A stretch of 64,000 nucleotides of DNA from Octopus sinensis (GCF_006345805.1 NC_043001.1:108686001-108750000), one strand, 5' to 3'; shown: positions 1-14,100, numbered from the stretch's first letter. Notes: generated from the sequence alone by a model not told the origin. Numbers and translations: made by a program.

Positions 1-1155
1 CTATATGGTCGTGGGTTCAATCCCATTATGTGGTACTTTGAGTGTCTTCTGCTATAGCCTCAGGCTGACTAAAATTTTGTGACTGGATTCAGTAGGTGGA
101 AACTGTAAGAAGCCCATCATATATATATATATATGTGTGTGTGTGTATGTCATTATGTCTGTGTTTGCTCCCCAGTCTTGGTGTGATTTTGACCCTGTGA
201 CATAGCAGTTTGGTAAAAGAGACTGATAGAATAAGTACCAGGCTTTAAAAAAAAGTTCTTCAAGTCACTACTCCAGCATGGCTGCAGTCTAATGACTGAG
301 AAAAGAAAGAAAAAGACTATATATGTGTGTCTGTGTGAATTTAGGAATCAAACATGAAAGTGACTCAAAATCCAAAGGGGAGTCTGTATGAGTTAAAAAT
401 AACTATAGAGCAAATAGTTATAGTTTACTGATTTCATTTATTAGCAAGAAACTCTGCTTTCGCTAATTCAGCAGCTCGTCTGAAACTACTTCATCTGAGC
501 TGTAATATTAGCAGAGTTTCTTCACTAAAACGTTATATCTTCAAATTATACAACTATATATGTGTGTGTGTGCTTGTATACATTTACATACACATATACA
601 CACTGTGTGTGTATGTGTACAACTGTAGACAAGCGATGTCAAACAAATGGTAATGGTAATTTTCATCAGACATGGTCCGACAGAGCAGTGCATTTATTTT
701 CAGACAGTTTCTTTTTTTTTCAAAGAACTCCTCCAATCACAAAAGTAGGATGTGTTCATATTCTAAACTATGGTAAACGACACCAGATTCCATCACTTTG
801 TTCATCTAGAAAAAATAAATTTGTTAATATACCTCTCAGTATATACATCATATTGGTGTGTCTTATTTTTCTTGTGAAATTATTTTGAAATTATTCCAGT
901 TTTTCATGTGATATATCATTTTTATTTACCATTTCCTAAGGATTGAATTTTAGCATCCTCTTACCTGAGGCTGGGTGGCGGTTCAACACTGCTAAATTTG
1001 TTTTAGTTCTTTTTTAAGTCTTTTATGTTACTTTTCTTCATGTAATTTTTTAATAATTACCAAAATGTTTTGTGTGATAATTTCGGATTTTTGAAGTTTA
1101 GATAACTGAGGTAAAGTTGAAATTTTAATTTGAAATAAAATTGTATATAGACGCT

Positions 1156-1311
1156 GGAATGGCTGTGTGATAAGTAGCTTGCTTACCAACCACATGGTTC
1201 CAGGTTCAGTCCCACTGCATGGCACCTAGGGGAAGTGTCTTCTACTATAGCCTTGGGCCGACCAAAGCCTTGTGAGTGAATTCGGTAGACGGAAACTGAA
1301 GGAAGCCTATC

Positions 1312-1357
<46 letters not shown>

Positions 1358-1580
1358 GTGTGTGTGTGTGTGTATGTTTGTGTGTCTGTGTTTGTTCCCC
1401 CACCATCGCTTGACAACTGATGTTGTGGTGTTTACATCCCCTTAACTTAGTGGTTCAGCTAAAGAGACTGATAGAATAAGCACTAGGCTTACAAAGAATA
1501 AGTCCTGGGGTCGATTTGATCGACTAAAGGTGGTGCTCCAGCATGGCCACAGTCAAATGACTGAAACAAATAAAAGAATA
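1156..1580 (+). mobile_element. tRNA-derived SINE family A (other copies ~1-312, 2620-2990, 6613-7000, 15349-15730, 36864-37485, 41740-42225, 53335-53650, 61535-61685, 62290-62690)
   Basis: Recurrent GGCTGTGTGGTAAG...GGTTCAGTCCCACTG head, internal (TA)/(TG) tract, tail ...GACTGAAACAAGTAAAAG. Confidence 0.85.
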
Positions 1581-3204
1581 TATTAATTGTTGATTACTTA
1601 ATGACTGCCAAACTATCTTGTGGAGATAAATATTACAGTCAGTACAAGAAGAGAATATTTTCTTTTTTCAAGGAATTGTGGCACGAGTGTTCCAGTTGAT
1701 CCGATCAATGGAACAACCTGCTCGTGAAATTAAAGTGTAAGTTAGCTGAGCACTCCAGACATATGTACCCTTAACGTAATTCTTATTTCTTTACTGCCCA
1801 CAAGGGGCTAAACACAGAGGACAAACAGATTAAGTCGATTACATCGACTCCAGTGCATAACTGGTACTTAATTTATCGACCCCAAAAGGATGAAAGGCAA
1901 AGGCGACTGCGGCGGAACTTGAACTCAGAACATGGCAGCAGACGAGATACCTATTTCGGTACTACCCATAAGGGGCTAAACACAGAGGACAGACAAACGG
2001 ATTAAGTTGATTATATCAACCCCAGTGTGTAACTGGTACTTATTTAATCGACCCTGGAAGGATGAAAGGCAAAGTCGACCTTGGCAGAATTTGAACTCAG
2101 AACGTAGCGGCAGACAAAATACTGCTAAGCATTTCGCCCGGCGTGCTAACATTTCTGCCTTGATTCTTGGGGAGATTCAGCATGACACAGAGTGTGAGAA
2201 GGCTGGCCCTTTGAAATACAGGTACAACAGAAACGGGAAGAAAGATGTGGTGAAAGAGTATAGCAGGGTTCACCACCATCCCCAGCCGGAGCTTGGTGTT
2301 TCCGTTCAGTAAACACTCACAACGCCTGGTCTGGGAATCGAAACCACTATCGCACGACCACGAGTCTGCTGCTCTAACCACTGGGCCATTACGCCTCCAC
2401 TTTCAAGGAATAGGAAGGCATGCTCTAGAGTAAATGGTAAGCTGGTCCTGTCAGTGAACCTGTTTCTGTTTTCTCTCAAATTGGTGCTTATAATGGTTAG
2501 TGCTACATTGTAACCGTATCAGGCCATGTTCTTGGCATTCTGGGAATAGCATGAGCAAAATCTCTCTGGATTCCAGGTGAAACAGTAATGAACAGCACAC
2601 AGAAAAAGAAGACAAAATACTAAAAATTCGTGGTTCTGGGTTCAATCCTGCTGTGTGGTGTCTTGAGCAAATGTCTTTTACTTACAGCCCCAAGTCAACT
2701 AAAGCCTTGTGAATGGATTTGGTTGACGGAAACTGGAAGAAAGTCCTCATATTTGTGCTTTATCCCACATCACTTCCTGACAACCAATATTGGTTTGTTT
2801 ATGTCCCATAACCTAGTGGTTTGGCAAAAGAAGCTGATAGAATAAGTACTGGGCTTTAAAAAAAATGAAACACTTGAGTCAAGTTGCCTAACCCTTGAAA
2901 GCTGATTCCAGTATGGCTGCAATCCAATGACTGATATAAAAGATACCCCTGGTAGGTAGTGCTCCAGCTTAGCCACAGTGCAATGGTTGAAAGAGCACTG
3001 TTTTTACTATTCTATAAATTTAGAGGAAAATAATACAGGATATGTTATAGAAATAGAATGGTGTACGATAAGTTAATTTAGTGGGATTGGGCTGGATTTG
3101 AACCAGCAATATGAGTGTGGCTTCTATGAAAGCTTTCTTTTCCTATCTCTCTATATAGCTTTACCCCTCATTTGGATTGCTCTATCAAATGTGATACACA
3201 TTCG

Positions 3205-3463
3205 GTTCTATATTTAAGAGATGAGGAATTATGTACATTTGACGGATATTTGTCCTCATCTTGTTTGTTGTTAACACAGCGTTTCGGCTGATATACCCTC
3301 CAGCCTTCATCAGGTGTCTTGAGGAAATTTCGAACCTGGGTTCTCATTCCTAAGGTATTTTTCAATGTTATTATTATTATTAACGTCACTGCCTGGAATT
3401 GAACTTGGCATTTTGGGGTTAGTAGCACATGCTCTTAACCACTATGCCATATAACCGTGGGCA
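3205..3463 (-). mobile_element. tRNA-headed non-autonomous element carrying a hammerhead-ribozyme-like motif (PLE-related tail)
   Basis: A box TGGCATAGTGG (3449-3439), B box GTTCAATTCC (3404-3395), (TAA)n linker, hammerhead motif at 3318-3273, and an inverted tail copy at 3466-3525. Confidence 0.7.
3273..3318 (-). ncRNA. Minimal type I hammerhead ribozyme-like motif
   Basis: GACAC-CUGAUGA-A-GGCUG(loop)CAGCC-GAAAC-GCU-GUGUU: core, stem II and stem I are present; the stem III palindrome carries one substitution (GCU where GUU is expected). Confidence 0.65.
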
Positions 3464-6400
3464 TATGTTGTGTTAACTACAAACAAGACAAGGACAAATA
3501 TCCATCAAATATAAATAATATAATGCATGTTGTTTTGAATTAATCATGCATTAATTATCTTTGTAGCTTTGAGATGTCAGTGATGTGATTGCTTATTTTT
3601 AGAATGACATTGTAGAGCAGGTGTGAACAGATAGATCCTTCTTAAGTCATACAGATACATCAGGCTAGTTTCCGTGGTCCATATATTTTCCCCCTGGACG
3701 GGATACCAGTCCTATCACAGGATTATTCATTTTTGCCAGCTGAGTGGATAGGAGAAACAGGAAATAAAGTGTTTTGCTCAAGAACACAACACGTCACCCA
3801 GTCCAGGAATTGAAACCACAATCTTATAATCATGAGTCCCATATCCTAACCACTAAGCCATGTTTGGACATAAAAACAGGCAGAATATTTGAGCTGGTTA
3901 AGTGAAGTTTTCCATTGAGAAGTCATCAATTTGTGGAAATGCTTTGCTGAATAATCTTACAGAATGCCATATGCCACACAGGTGAGAAAATTAAGTTACC
4001 TGGTTTTGATTTTTAGTTGCATTTGTTTTACTTTAAATATGACATTAATATCCTTAGGAAAGGCTTGAATTTAATTTTTCATCTGTTCTTGTGTCCATTA
4101 AAGATAAACAATTGTTAATTAATTAAACGTTAGCATGCTGGGCGAAATGCTTAGCGGTATTTCGTCTGCCATCACGTTCCACCGAGGTTGACTTTGCCTT
4201 TCATGCTTTCAGGGTGGATAAATTAAGTACCAGTTATGCACTGGAGTCGATGTAATCGACCCCCTTGTGGACAATAAAGAAATAAGAAACATTGTTAATT
4301 GAACATTAATTAATGCAGCTTATTGCTAATATATACTGGATCAATTCTTGTTCAAATGTTTCTTTTGTTTGGGGATAAAGTGGAACCGTGTGTCCAACTA
4401 AACTAGAGTTGGTTTCCATTAATATAAAACCAGATGGGCTCCAAATCTCACAAAATAGAAATTTTAAATTCTTCTGGATGATTGTTTTTTCCCCCTTCCT
4501 GTTGTCATCATTATCATCATTGTTTAATGTCCACTTTCTATGCTGGCATGGGTTGGATGGTATGACTGAGGACTGGTGAGCCAGAGGCTGCACCAGGCTC
4601 CAGTCTGATCCGGCAAAGTTTCTACAGCTGGATGCCCTTCCTAACGCCAACCACTCCAAGAGTGTAGTGGGTGCTTTTACGTGCCACTGGCACAAGGGCC
4701 AGTCAGGTGGTTCTAGCAAGAACCCCACTTAAAAGGTTTTTTTATGTGCTAACTTCACGGGAGCCAGTCTGGTGGCACTACCAACAACCACACTCGAATG
4801 CTGTTTTAACGTACCACTAGAACAGGAGCCAATCTGTGGCCCTGGCACGATCATGCTCAAATGTGCTTTAATGTTCCACTGGCACAAGTGCCAATCAGAC
4901 AGTACTGTCATCAGCCACATCAGCGATTTTGATTTGTTTACTGAGTGTTAGATAAATACCTTATCAATACAGAGAGCTCTTCAGTCTCAGTTTTCACACT
5001 TTTCTAAAGTGGAATTACTGTAGAAATTCTTCTTTGACAAATGAAAACTTTTATGTAAGCCTTTAGCATTTAAACTGGCCATGTCTGGCCTCTCACGCCT
5101 CCCCTACAATATCATTTTTAAAAAATTAGTAGTCACATCATTGAAATCTCAAAACTACAAAATAATGAATGATTAATTTAAAACAATCATCATCATCGTT
5201 TAATGTCCGTTTTCCATGCTAGCATGGGTTGGACGGTTCAACCAGGGTCTGGGAAGCCAGAAGGCTGCACCAGGCTCCAGTCTGATCTGGCAGTGTTTCT
5301 ACAGCTGGATGCCCTTCCTAATGCCAACCACTCCATGAATGTAGTGGGTGCTTTTTATGTGCCACCAGCATAGGGGCCAGAGGAGGCTGGCAATGGCCAC
5401 AATCGGTTGGTGCTTTTTACGTGCCACCGGCACAGAAGCCAGTCAAAGCGGCACTGGCATTGTCCACATTCAGATGGTGCTTTTTACATGCCATTGACAC
5501 AGTATTGTTTTAAATTAATCATACATTAAGGGTTACATTTGACAAAGTAAACTGAATGCTAAAGGGTTAAATTAGAGGCTTTTAAACGATTGATTGAAAA
5601 TGTCAAAATATTACACCAGAGCAGTTTGTTGAAAGAAATGCAATAAAGAGTGGATTCTTGGGGTTATTGATCTTTAACTCTGGTTGCCCATATTTTGTAA
5701 TCAAAGACATTCCAGCTTTGACTTTCCCCTTATTGATTTTCCATTTTTTTCAGGTAAAAGTGTATTGAGTACTGTTTTAATTCAGTCTATCTTGGGTTTA
5801 TTAAATAATATAAACGAAGATTTGGTCTTCTGGTTGAATAAAAAATAAATGAAAAAAAAAAACATTGAATAAAATATTTTCACAAAAAAAAATTGATTGG
5901 TGTTAGCAAAATTGAGTTGTATCTTATTATTACCTCCACCAGAATGAGATAAAAAACCCCAAGGCTGTGAAGATTTTAGAACATTTATAAATAGGTCTTA
6001 CAGCTGTTTCTGGGATGTTTATTATATCCCTTCATTGGAGACGGTGTATACAAACTCTATACTTGGAATGACCAATTTTAAATACTATTGGATTTTGCTC
6101 ACAAGGTACTATGTTATATGTATACCATTCTGCTTAAATAATGGATCTACAAATGCAATATCTCATCATCATCATTGTTCGACTGTGGTCGAGACCATGG
6201 AATTTACCATGCTACGCCAGACTTCACGGTCCATATCTCACATCTATTTTCAACCATCTCACACTGTCTCCGACGAAGGGATGTAATAAATATCCTAGAA
6301 ACAGCTGTAAGACCTATTTATAAATGTTCTAAAATCTTCACAGCCTTGGTTTTTTTATTTCATTCTGAAAAAAAAAATATTATATATATATATATATATA

Positions 6401-6575
6401 AAAATACAAACTGGGACAAGAATGCAAAACATCTAGAAGACGATGCAAAAAATATGGACGGGATATTCGAAGCCTTCAATCTTCAGTTAAGAACTGGATC
6501 ATCCTTGCAATTTCGGCTGATTAATCTTGATGTGTATATATACATATATATTATGTATGTGTATATATATATATG

Positions 6576-6615
<40 letters not shown>

Positions 6616-8048
6616 GCTGTGTGGTAAGAAGCTTGCTTCTCAACAATATGATCCTGGGTTCAGTCCCACTGCAAAGCACTTTGAGCAAGCCTCAGGCCAA
6701 CCAAATCTTTGTGAGTGGATTTGGTAGAGGGAAACTGAAAGAAGCCTGTCAAGTGTGTATTTGTCTATATATATACATATATATATTCATGTGTGTCTTT
6801 GTTCGCCCCACCATCATCCCTTGACAACCAATGTTGGTGTGTTTATGTCGCTGTAACTTAGCAGATCGGAAAAAGAGCCCGATAGAATAAGTACTAGACT
6901 TACAAAGAAAAAGTCCTGGGGTCGATTTCTGTGATTAAAAACCCTTTAAGGTGGTGCTCCAGCATGGCCCCAGTCAAGTGACTGAAACAGGTAACAGAAT
7001 ACACACACGAATTATCTATTTCAGAAAAAAATGTTAAATATGAAATTAAAGGTAATATAAACGACATGTTTATGAACAAGATTAAACGAAGACCAGAAAC
7101 AGATTACGTCCCCCCCCCCCGTCTCACACACAAAAGGAATTGCAAGTAATTAAACCAATGATGACAAAACAGAACAAACAAATATTAAAAAAAAAAAAAA
7201 AAACCAATCATTTTTGATATGGAATGAATTTATAGTACAATGATAAACAGATGGAAACAGATTTTGTATGAGCCAAACAGTGTGGGGTCTCTTGTTCACC
7301 GATGACATTTGCTGCCAAGAGGAGGTTGTGAAGAGCTCGCATAACAAGAGAGGTAACTCGTCAGTTTTTTTTTTTTCTTTTGATCGTCAAATTAAAAAGT
7401 TATTTAGAAAACTAATTACATAAAGAGCAATATAATATATATATATTTTAACTCAATACTATTTCTGTTGCATTAATAGGATGTAATTTAGCACAGGGGC
7501 TATCTAGAACAGTTTGTTTTTTTAAATTGAATTAAAACCAATTCAAAGATGAAACATTAAAAAAAAAAAAAAAGAATTCAAGGAAATTTGGGCTAATTTC
7601 CATCAACAACAAAATAAAAGTTGATATAATAAGAAACGGTATCTCCTTATGACATACAGACTTATTTTATGTTTTATGATTTCTGAAATCAAATTGCAAA
7701 AAATACAAATAATTTAATTCATTTTAAAAAGACTCTAATTGTAAGAAGAACTAGAATAATTGGCACCGACCTAACCCTAATAGATGGAGCAATTGCAGAG
7801 GAATTATTTATATAAAAGTATCCAGAAGAAAAAAAAATGTAAATTCAACAATGAATCTACTTATTTACCTCCATTTTAAAGAGTTAGAAGTTAGTGGCAG
7901 AGTTACCTCTCTTATGTACATGACCCTATGAAGATTTGAAAATCTTTTTTCCTCCCTCCCAGTTGCCTGAAAGAAGCAAATATTCCCCTCTCCCCAGCCC
8001 TGTGGTGTATATATTTTGTTGATGAGTGCAGCCGAAGGAAAGTTTTCT

Positions 8049-8100
8049 TCATACAGCAGAGCCATTTCCTTGGTGGAGTGTTTTTATCAATCTGAGTAAC
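8049..8100 (-). CDS. INTS15: INTS15 terminal coding exon 6 (RLLRLIKTLHQGNGSAV*)
   Basis: Strong acceptor TTTCTTTTTTTCCTTGTAG|G; in-frame TGA at 8051-8049; LLRLI aligns to human LLQLVI. Confidence 0.82.
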
Positions 8101-11100
8101 CTACAAGGAAAAAAAGAAACACTAAATTATGAATCAAACAAACTAAAAACGTAATTAAGTACTTGAACTAATCATAACGGCACAAGTATTAGAAATCTTA
8201 ATAAACTAGCAACTGGATCATATATATTGACAGATCAGCATCACCTTACTGGCACCTGTGCCGGTGGCATGGGTAAAAGATTCGATCAAGGTCATTGCCA
8301 GTACCACCTGACTGGCACGTAAAAGCACCTACTACACTCTTGGAGTGGTTGGTGTTAGGAAGGGCATCAAGCTGTAGAAACTCTGCCAGATCAAGATTGG
8401 AGCCTGGTGCAGCCATTTGGTTTGCCAGCCCTCAGTCAAATCGTCCAAGCATGGAAAGCGGACGTCAAACGATGATGATGATGATTATGATATCAAACAT
8501 AATTGAGAAGCAACAGTTTAGATGGCTGAAGATAAATGTTCTCCAAAGAATCAGCATAGATCCTTGATTCCACATTCTGAATGCTCTCAGAATCCATCCC
8601 AACAGCCTCGTGCACAATCCTGCCACCTCAGTAATGTGGAAATGAAATGATGTATTATTACTCAAAATCAAATCACAATCAAATGGAAATTATAGTTGTG
8701 GCCGATGCCAAGGCCACCTGATTGGCTCCCCGTGCCTGTGACACATAAAAAGCACCGACTGGTTCCTGTGCCGGTAGCACGTAAAAAGCACCATCCAAAT
8801 GTGGTCGATGCCAGTGCTGCCCGACTGGCGATGTTCTGATGGTGCTTTTTGACCCCTATTTTTTTAATATACTTAGTTGATTCTCAAAAAAAAATCTATG
8901 AAAAACTCTTGGGTTTATTATATATTTTTTACAGCCCTGGTTTCTATCCTAATCTAATCTCTTTAGAGGGTTTCTCTATGTTTCCTATTTCTAGGAGTGT
9001 GTGGTTTTTTAGGTGAGGTTCTATATCTCACAAGAACCTTCCATTCTCTAGGAATTACATTTGTTGGCCTTTCTAAAACATGTTCAACAACATTAGATAA
9101 CACCTTCCCTCTCCATCCCAGCATCATCATCACCAAATGAAAGTGCTGTCACCATTCAGGAGACGCTTTTCCATTAGCAAATAATAATGATTTCAAATTT
9201 TGGCACAAGGCCAGCAAGTGTGGGGGAGGGGCTAAGTCAATTACACCGACCCCAGTGCTTGACTAGCACTTATTTTATAGACCCCCAAAAGAATGCAAAG
9301 TCGACTGTAGCAGAATTTGAACCCAGAACAAAGGGGTGGGCAAAATGCTGAAGCATTTTGCCTGGCATACAATCCATTCTGACAGCTTGCCGTCTTATTA
9401 GCAAATAATAATAATAATAATAGGGCAGTGAGCTGGCAGAAACGTTAGCGCGCCGGGCGAAATGCTTAGCGGTATTTCGTCTGTCGTTACGTTCTGAGTT
9501 CAAATTCCGCCGAGGTCGACTTGGCCTTTCATCCTTTCGGGGTCGATAAATAAAGTACCAGTTTCGCACTGGGGCCGATGTACTCGACTTAATCCCTTTG
9601 TCTGTCCTTGTTTGTCCCTTCTATGTTTAGCCCCTTGTGGGCAATAAAGAAATGAATAATAATAATAATAATGTAATTAAGCATAAAGAAACCTGAGAAT
9701 GATTTTTATGTATGAAACTGATGCGAGAAGGAATTTCATTGAACAAAAGTTAAGCAAGTTCTAAGTAAAGGTCTTACCTGTTTGCTGGCAATAGCTGCAA
9801 GATCTCACAAAGTTGTGCTGAAAAATAAATATACATCTATGAATATATATACACTTATGTGGAGACACATGGCCTAGTGGTTAGAGCAGCAGACTCGCGG
9901 TCGAGGGATCGCGGTTTCGAATCTCAAACCGGGCGATGTGTGTGTGTGTTTATGAGCTGGACATTACTCCATCTGATTATCATTTATGCCACAGTCTTCA
10001 AAATCACTCGGACGGGAAAAATATGAATTCTGTAGACAAGGTCAGAACAGTACTGGAGGAGTATTTATCGTAATGGACAAGTGAATTTTGGAAGAGAGGC
10101 TTTGCAAGTCTACCAGATAGATGGAAGAGCATTGTAGATAATGAAGGAGAGTATATTTTAGATTAAAAAAGAATTTTACTTATCTTAATTTTGAAAAATA
10201 AAAGAAATATTTAAAAAACCGCATGACCATATATATATATATACACATGTACACACACATATATTATCATCATCATCATTATTTAATGTCCATTTTTCAC
10301 TCTCGGAGTGGTTGGTGTTAGAAAGGGCATCCAGCTGTAGAAACATTGCCAGATCAGATTGGAGCCTGGTGTAGCCGCTGGCTTGCCAGTCCTCAATCAA
10401 ACCGTCCAACCCATGCCAGCATGGAAAATGACGTTAAACGATGACGACGATGATATTATAACTCAAAAAAAAAAAAAGGAGCTGACATGGCAGTTTTTAA
10501 TGTGATAGGAAAAAAATTTGCACCAAAATTTAACTCTAAACTAGGGGTGTGACCTAATCACAAGTACATATGGTATATTTCTATTTACAATAAATACAAT
10601 ATATTTACATTGCAGTTAATGCCAGGTGAGAAAACGAGGCACATTATATGTTATATGCATTTTATAAACTCTACGAGTCACAGGGACACTACCTGAAACT
10701 GAATTTTACACAGCTATAATACAAGATATTTATTTATTACTAAACATCAAGTTGAAATTGGTGGATAGAATTGTACTCGAAATTTGAAAAAGGGGGGTAA
10801 AATATATTGATTTTTAGCTGCAAAACATGGGACCTGCATTATATTTGCAATTACATAGCACTCACTACCAAGTGATTGTGATATGAGTTATACACCTATT
10901 TTGTCTAATAGCATTCATTCATTCAATAAATAATTTTTTACATTACGTATATAGAATAAACTGTGAGTTTTGCAAATAGCAAATTAAAACTAGAAAGGAA
11001 AACATTGAAATGAAAATAGAGGTGAGAGACTGTTGCAAATGAAAACAGAAAATTTCCCCTGCAAAGAATTAATAACGGTTATTAAATCTACTCTGCAGTG

Positions 11101-14100
11101 AATGCAACGAATATTTAAATTTGTGAAAAACTTGCAGCTCAAATATTCAATAACCATCAGAAATCGAAATTACAGGAAATTTCTTGGAACTTGAATTTAT
11201 AAAAAAAATTTCCAGACGGTCAAGCCTTTAATAACTGCTTTCTTTTAGTAATTGTTACGTACCTATTTAATAAGCAGCTTTCTCCATTATAATATAGATA
11301 TATAAACACATAAAACAGCAAAGAAAAAATGTAAAAAAGACGTTAATCAAATTTGCAAGAGAGAACATACATACCTGGTCTGACTCGAAGAGTCGCACTG
11401 GCTAAAGCTACTTGAATAATCTGTCCAAGTCTTTCAATAGAGCAGAGGCAAGTCTCTTCCTCTGGTGATAAACCGTAACGTTTGCAAATGTCCATAAGTT
11501 CCTGAGATGTCTTTTTGATGTCAGCCGGTGTGAAAGGGTGCCCAGTGGCATTCGGTACATTGGGGCCAAGCAGTCCACTGACCGCAGTCCGGCCGGTACC
11601 GGTCGCTGCTGCATTGTTGGCGAGCAGGCTTTGAAGGACCCCCAAGTGGAGCCGCGAGAAGAGCTGCTGCTGCTGCTGGAGCCGATTGTTATTGTTGCAG
11701 GTATTGGCCCCGATGTCCCCCCAGCAGTTTTTGTTGTTGTCAGTGGCCTTGAGACATAGCACGGGTCCCTTGACGCACCAGTTGGTGAGTCCAGGAAACG
11801 GTGAGCAGCCGTGCGAGGCGAACATCCGATAGCTACTGCCAGAGGATGCTGGACGCATAGACACCGAACACAGTCTGCTATCCGAGGAGATCCAGTTGGT
11901 GACATGTTCCACAAGTTTCTCTGGCGGCATACCATCTAAAGCTGGAACAAAAGAAACAAACACCATTTTATACAACAATGTAACAAGTAAGTCATCATCA
12001 ACTAGAATCAATATACTACTTACTAGCAGAAATACCTGTCGTTGACTGGGTTCAGAAAGAGTCTTCAAAAATTATACCCTGATTTATGAAAGTTACTGCT
12101 TCAATATTATTGAATGTTTTGTAGCGGAATATCTGCAAGCTGTTATTGCCAGGCTTCAGCCCCAAAAGTTATGTTTTACAAATGGGTCCGCTGATAGTCA
12201 GTCTCTTCAGCTCTTTCTCTTTTCCTATGCTGAGATTGCTTAGGTAGTTCAAATCATTTTTTTTTTTTTCGGAGGCATTGTAGTAGGGTGAATTAATCTA
12301 TATGAAAGACACGGGACTTAACTCATGTCAGCAAACTTACGGATTTCACCAATGTGAAAATTGGTAAAAGTTATGGATGAAAATCGATTTTTACCGCTAT
12401 CCGGAGGTGCTTTGGGAAAAATAAGTTGACACAAGCACAGCCACGGTCATGACCAATGTTCTCCTAAAATTTGAGCAGCATGTGTGCTAATTTGTGGACG
12501 TGCATAAAGTACATACACACACACATCCTGCCTTTTATAGATATAGATTAATTGCTTGTAGGGTCACCATATTTCATTCTGCAACCATAATATATATTAC
12601 CAAGTATATTAAAGACTGCGAGAAAGAGCAAAACTGGCTCGAAAAAATAGGACTGTAAGTAAAATTAATGAACTGCTGCTGCAGTACCTTCCTGGAAGTC
12701 CTCACATCTATAAGTCAGTTGATACAACCCCAGATCCAGAAGTGGTGGTAAATTATTCTACAGAATTCCTCAATTCTGAGGATCTCATAATTAATGTAAA
12801 ACATTTTTAATGTAAAAAAAATCTATAATAGCTCTAAAACCTTTAGCATTTATACCAGCCAAATCCAACAAAAATATTCTGTTTTATGTTCTAATTGGCC
12901 ACAACTGGCCTCTTACACCTACCCCACAACGCCATTCTAAAATTAACACTCAGCCCACCCAACCTCTAACAGAAGGTCAGTCCTGATGCATCTCCAACAT
13001 CTATTTCTCTTTCTCTCTCACTGTCTCTCTATCTTCCTCTCTAATTATCTCTCCCCTCTTTTCCTACTGGGGTAGCCAAGTATGTCCTCCACACTAAGAC
13101 ACCTATCTCTATCCCTCTATTATATTCTAACCTCTCACCTGGCACCAGGCTACTTCCCGTGGTGATGCTCCCTCTCCCAGCTGAGAGATATTTACCTCAC
13201 AAGTCACTTGGTGACCCTGCTGGTATCAATGCCATGTAAAAAGCACCAGTGCTAATGTCGCATAAAGAGCACCCTGTATACTCCGTAAAGTGGTTGGCAT
13301 TAGGAAGGGCATCAGCTGTAGAAACCATGCCAAAATGGATAATTGGAGCCAGGTACAGCTCTCTGGCTTGCAAGCTCCTGTCAAACTGTTCAAACCAAGC
13401 TAGCATGGAAGATGAATGTTAAATGATGATATCAAAATCTTGCAGCTATGAAATAACACATGATTAATTCAAAACATCATCATCATCATTTAATATCCAC
13501 TTTCCATGCTAGCATGGGTTGGAAAATTGACTGAGGGCTGCCGAACCAGATGGCTGCACCAGGCTTCAATCTTGATCAGGCAGAGTTTCTACAGCTGGAT
13601 GCCCTTCCTAACGACATCCACTCTGAGAGTGTAGTGGGTGCTTTTACATGCCAACCGGCACGGGGCCAGTCAGGTGGTACTGGCAATGACCTCACTCGAA
13701 TCTTTTACACATGCCACTGGCACAGGTGCCAGTAAGGCGATGCTGGTAATGATCACGCTCAAATAGTATCTTTTCCATGCCACCAGCACGAAGGCCAAAT
13801 AGCCGCTCTGGCAATGATCACGCTTGTATGGTGCTCTTAATACCCTACTAGCACGGGGCTTGAGTGCCAGTAAGGTGACGCTGGTAACAATCATGCTCGA
13901 ATGGTGTCTTTTATGTGCCACTGGCATGGAGACAGATTGATCCAAATGTTAAACAGTTAAGAAAGATAAATGTTACGAAATACCGACACTTTCCTTGACC
14001 CCAATCTTCATATAAAACAAAAGAGACAAAACTCATTCAACTTACTGTTACATGGGAATAGAGCGGTTACCGCTGCAATGAAGTTACAGGCAAATAGTGG

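Noticed and set aside
2451-2645. Possible further INTS15 exon or separate gene
   Set aside because: INTS15 already terminates at 8049; no recognisable homology, short, and adjacent to a SINE.
7865-8065. 66-aa minus-strand ORF
   Set aside because: Different frame overlapping the INTS15 stop and 3' UTR; no independent support.
8465-8671. ORF with LCTRLL as the INTS15 C-terminal exon
   Set aside because: No good acceptor; the 9817-9778 plus 8100 exons give the conserved C-terminus with canonical splice sites.
11408-11935. 175-aa overlapping ORF in INTS15 exon 4
   Set aside because: Alternative-frame shadow of a GC-richer coding exon.
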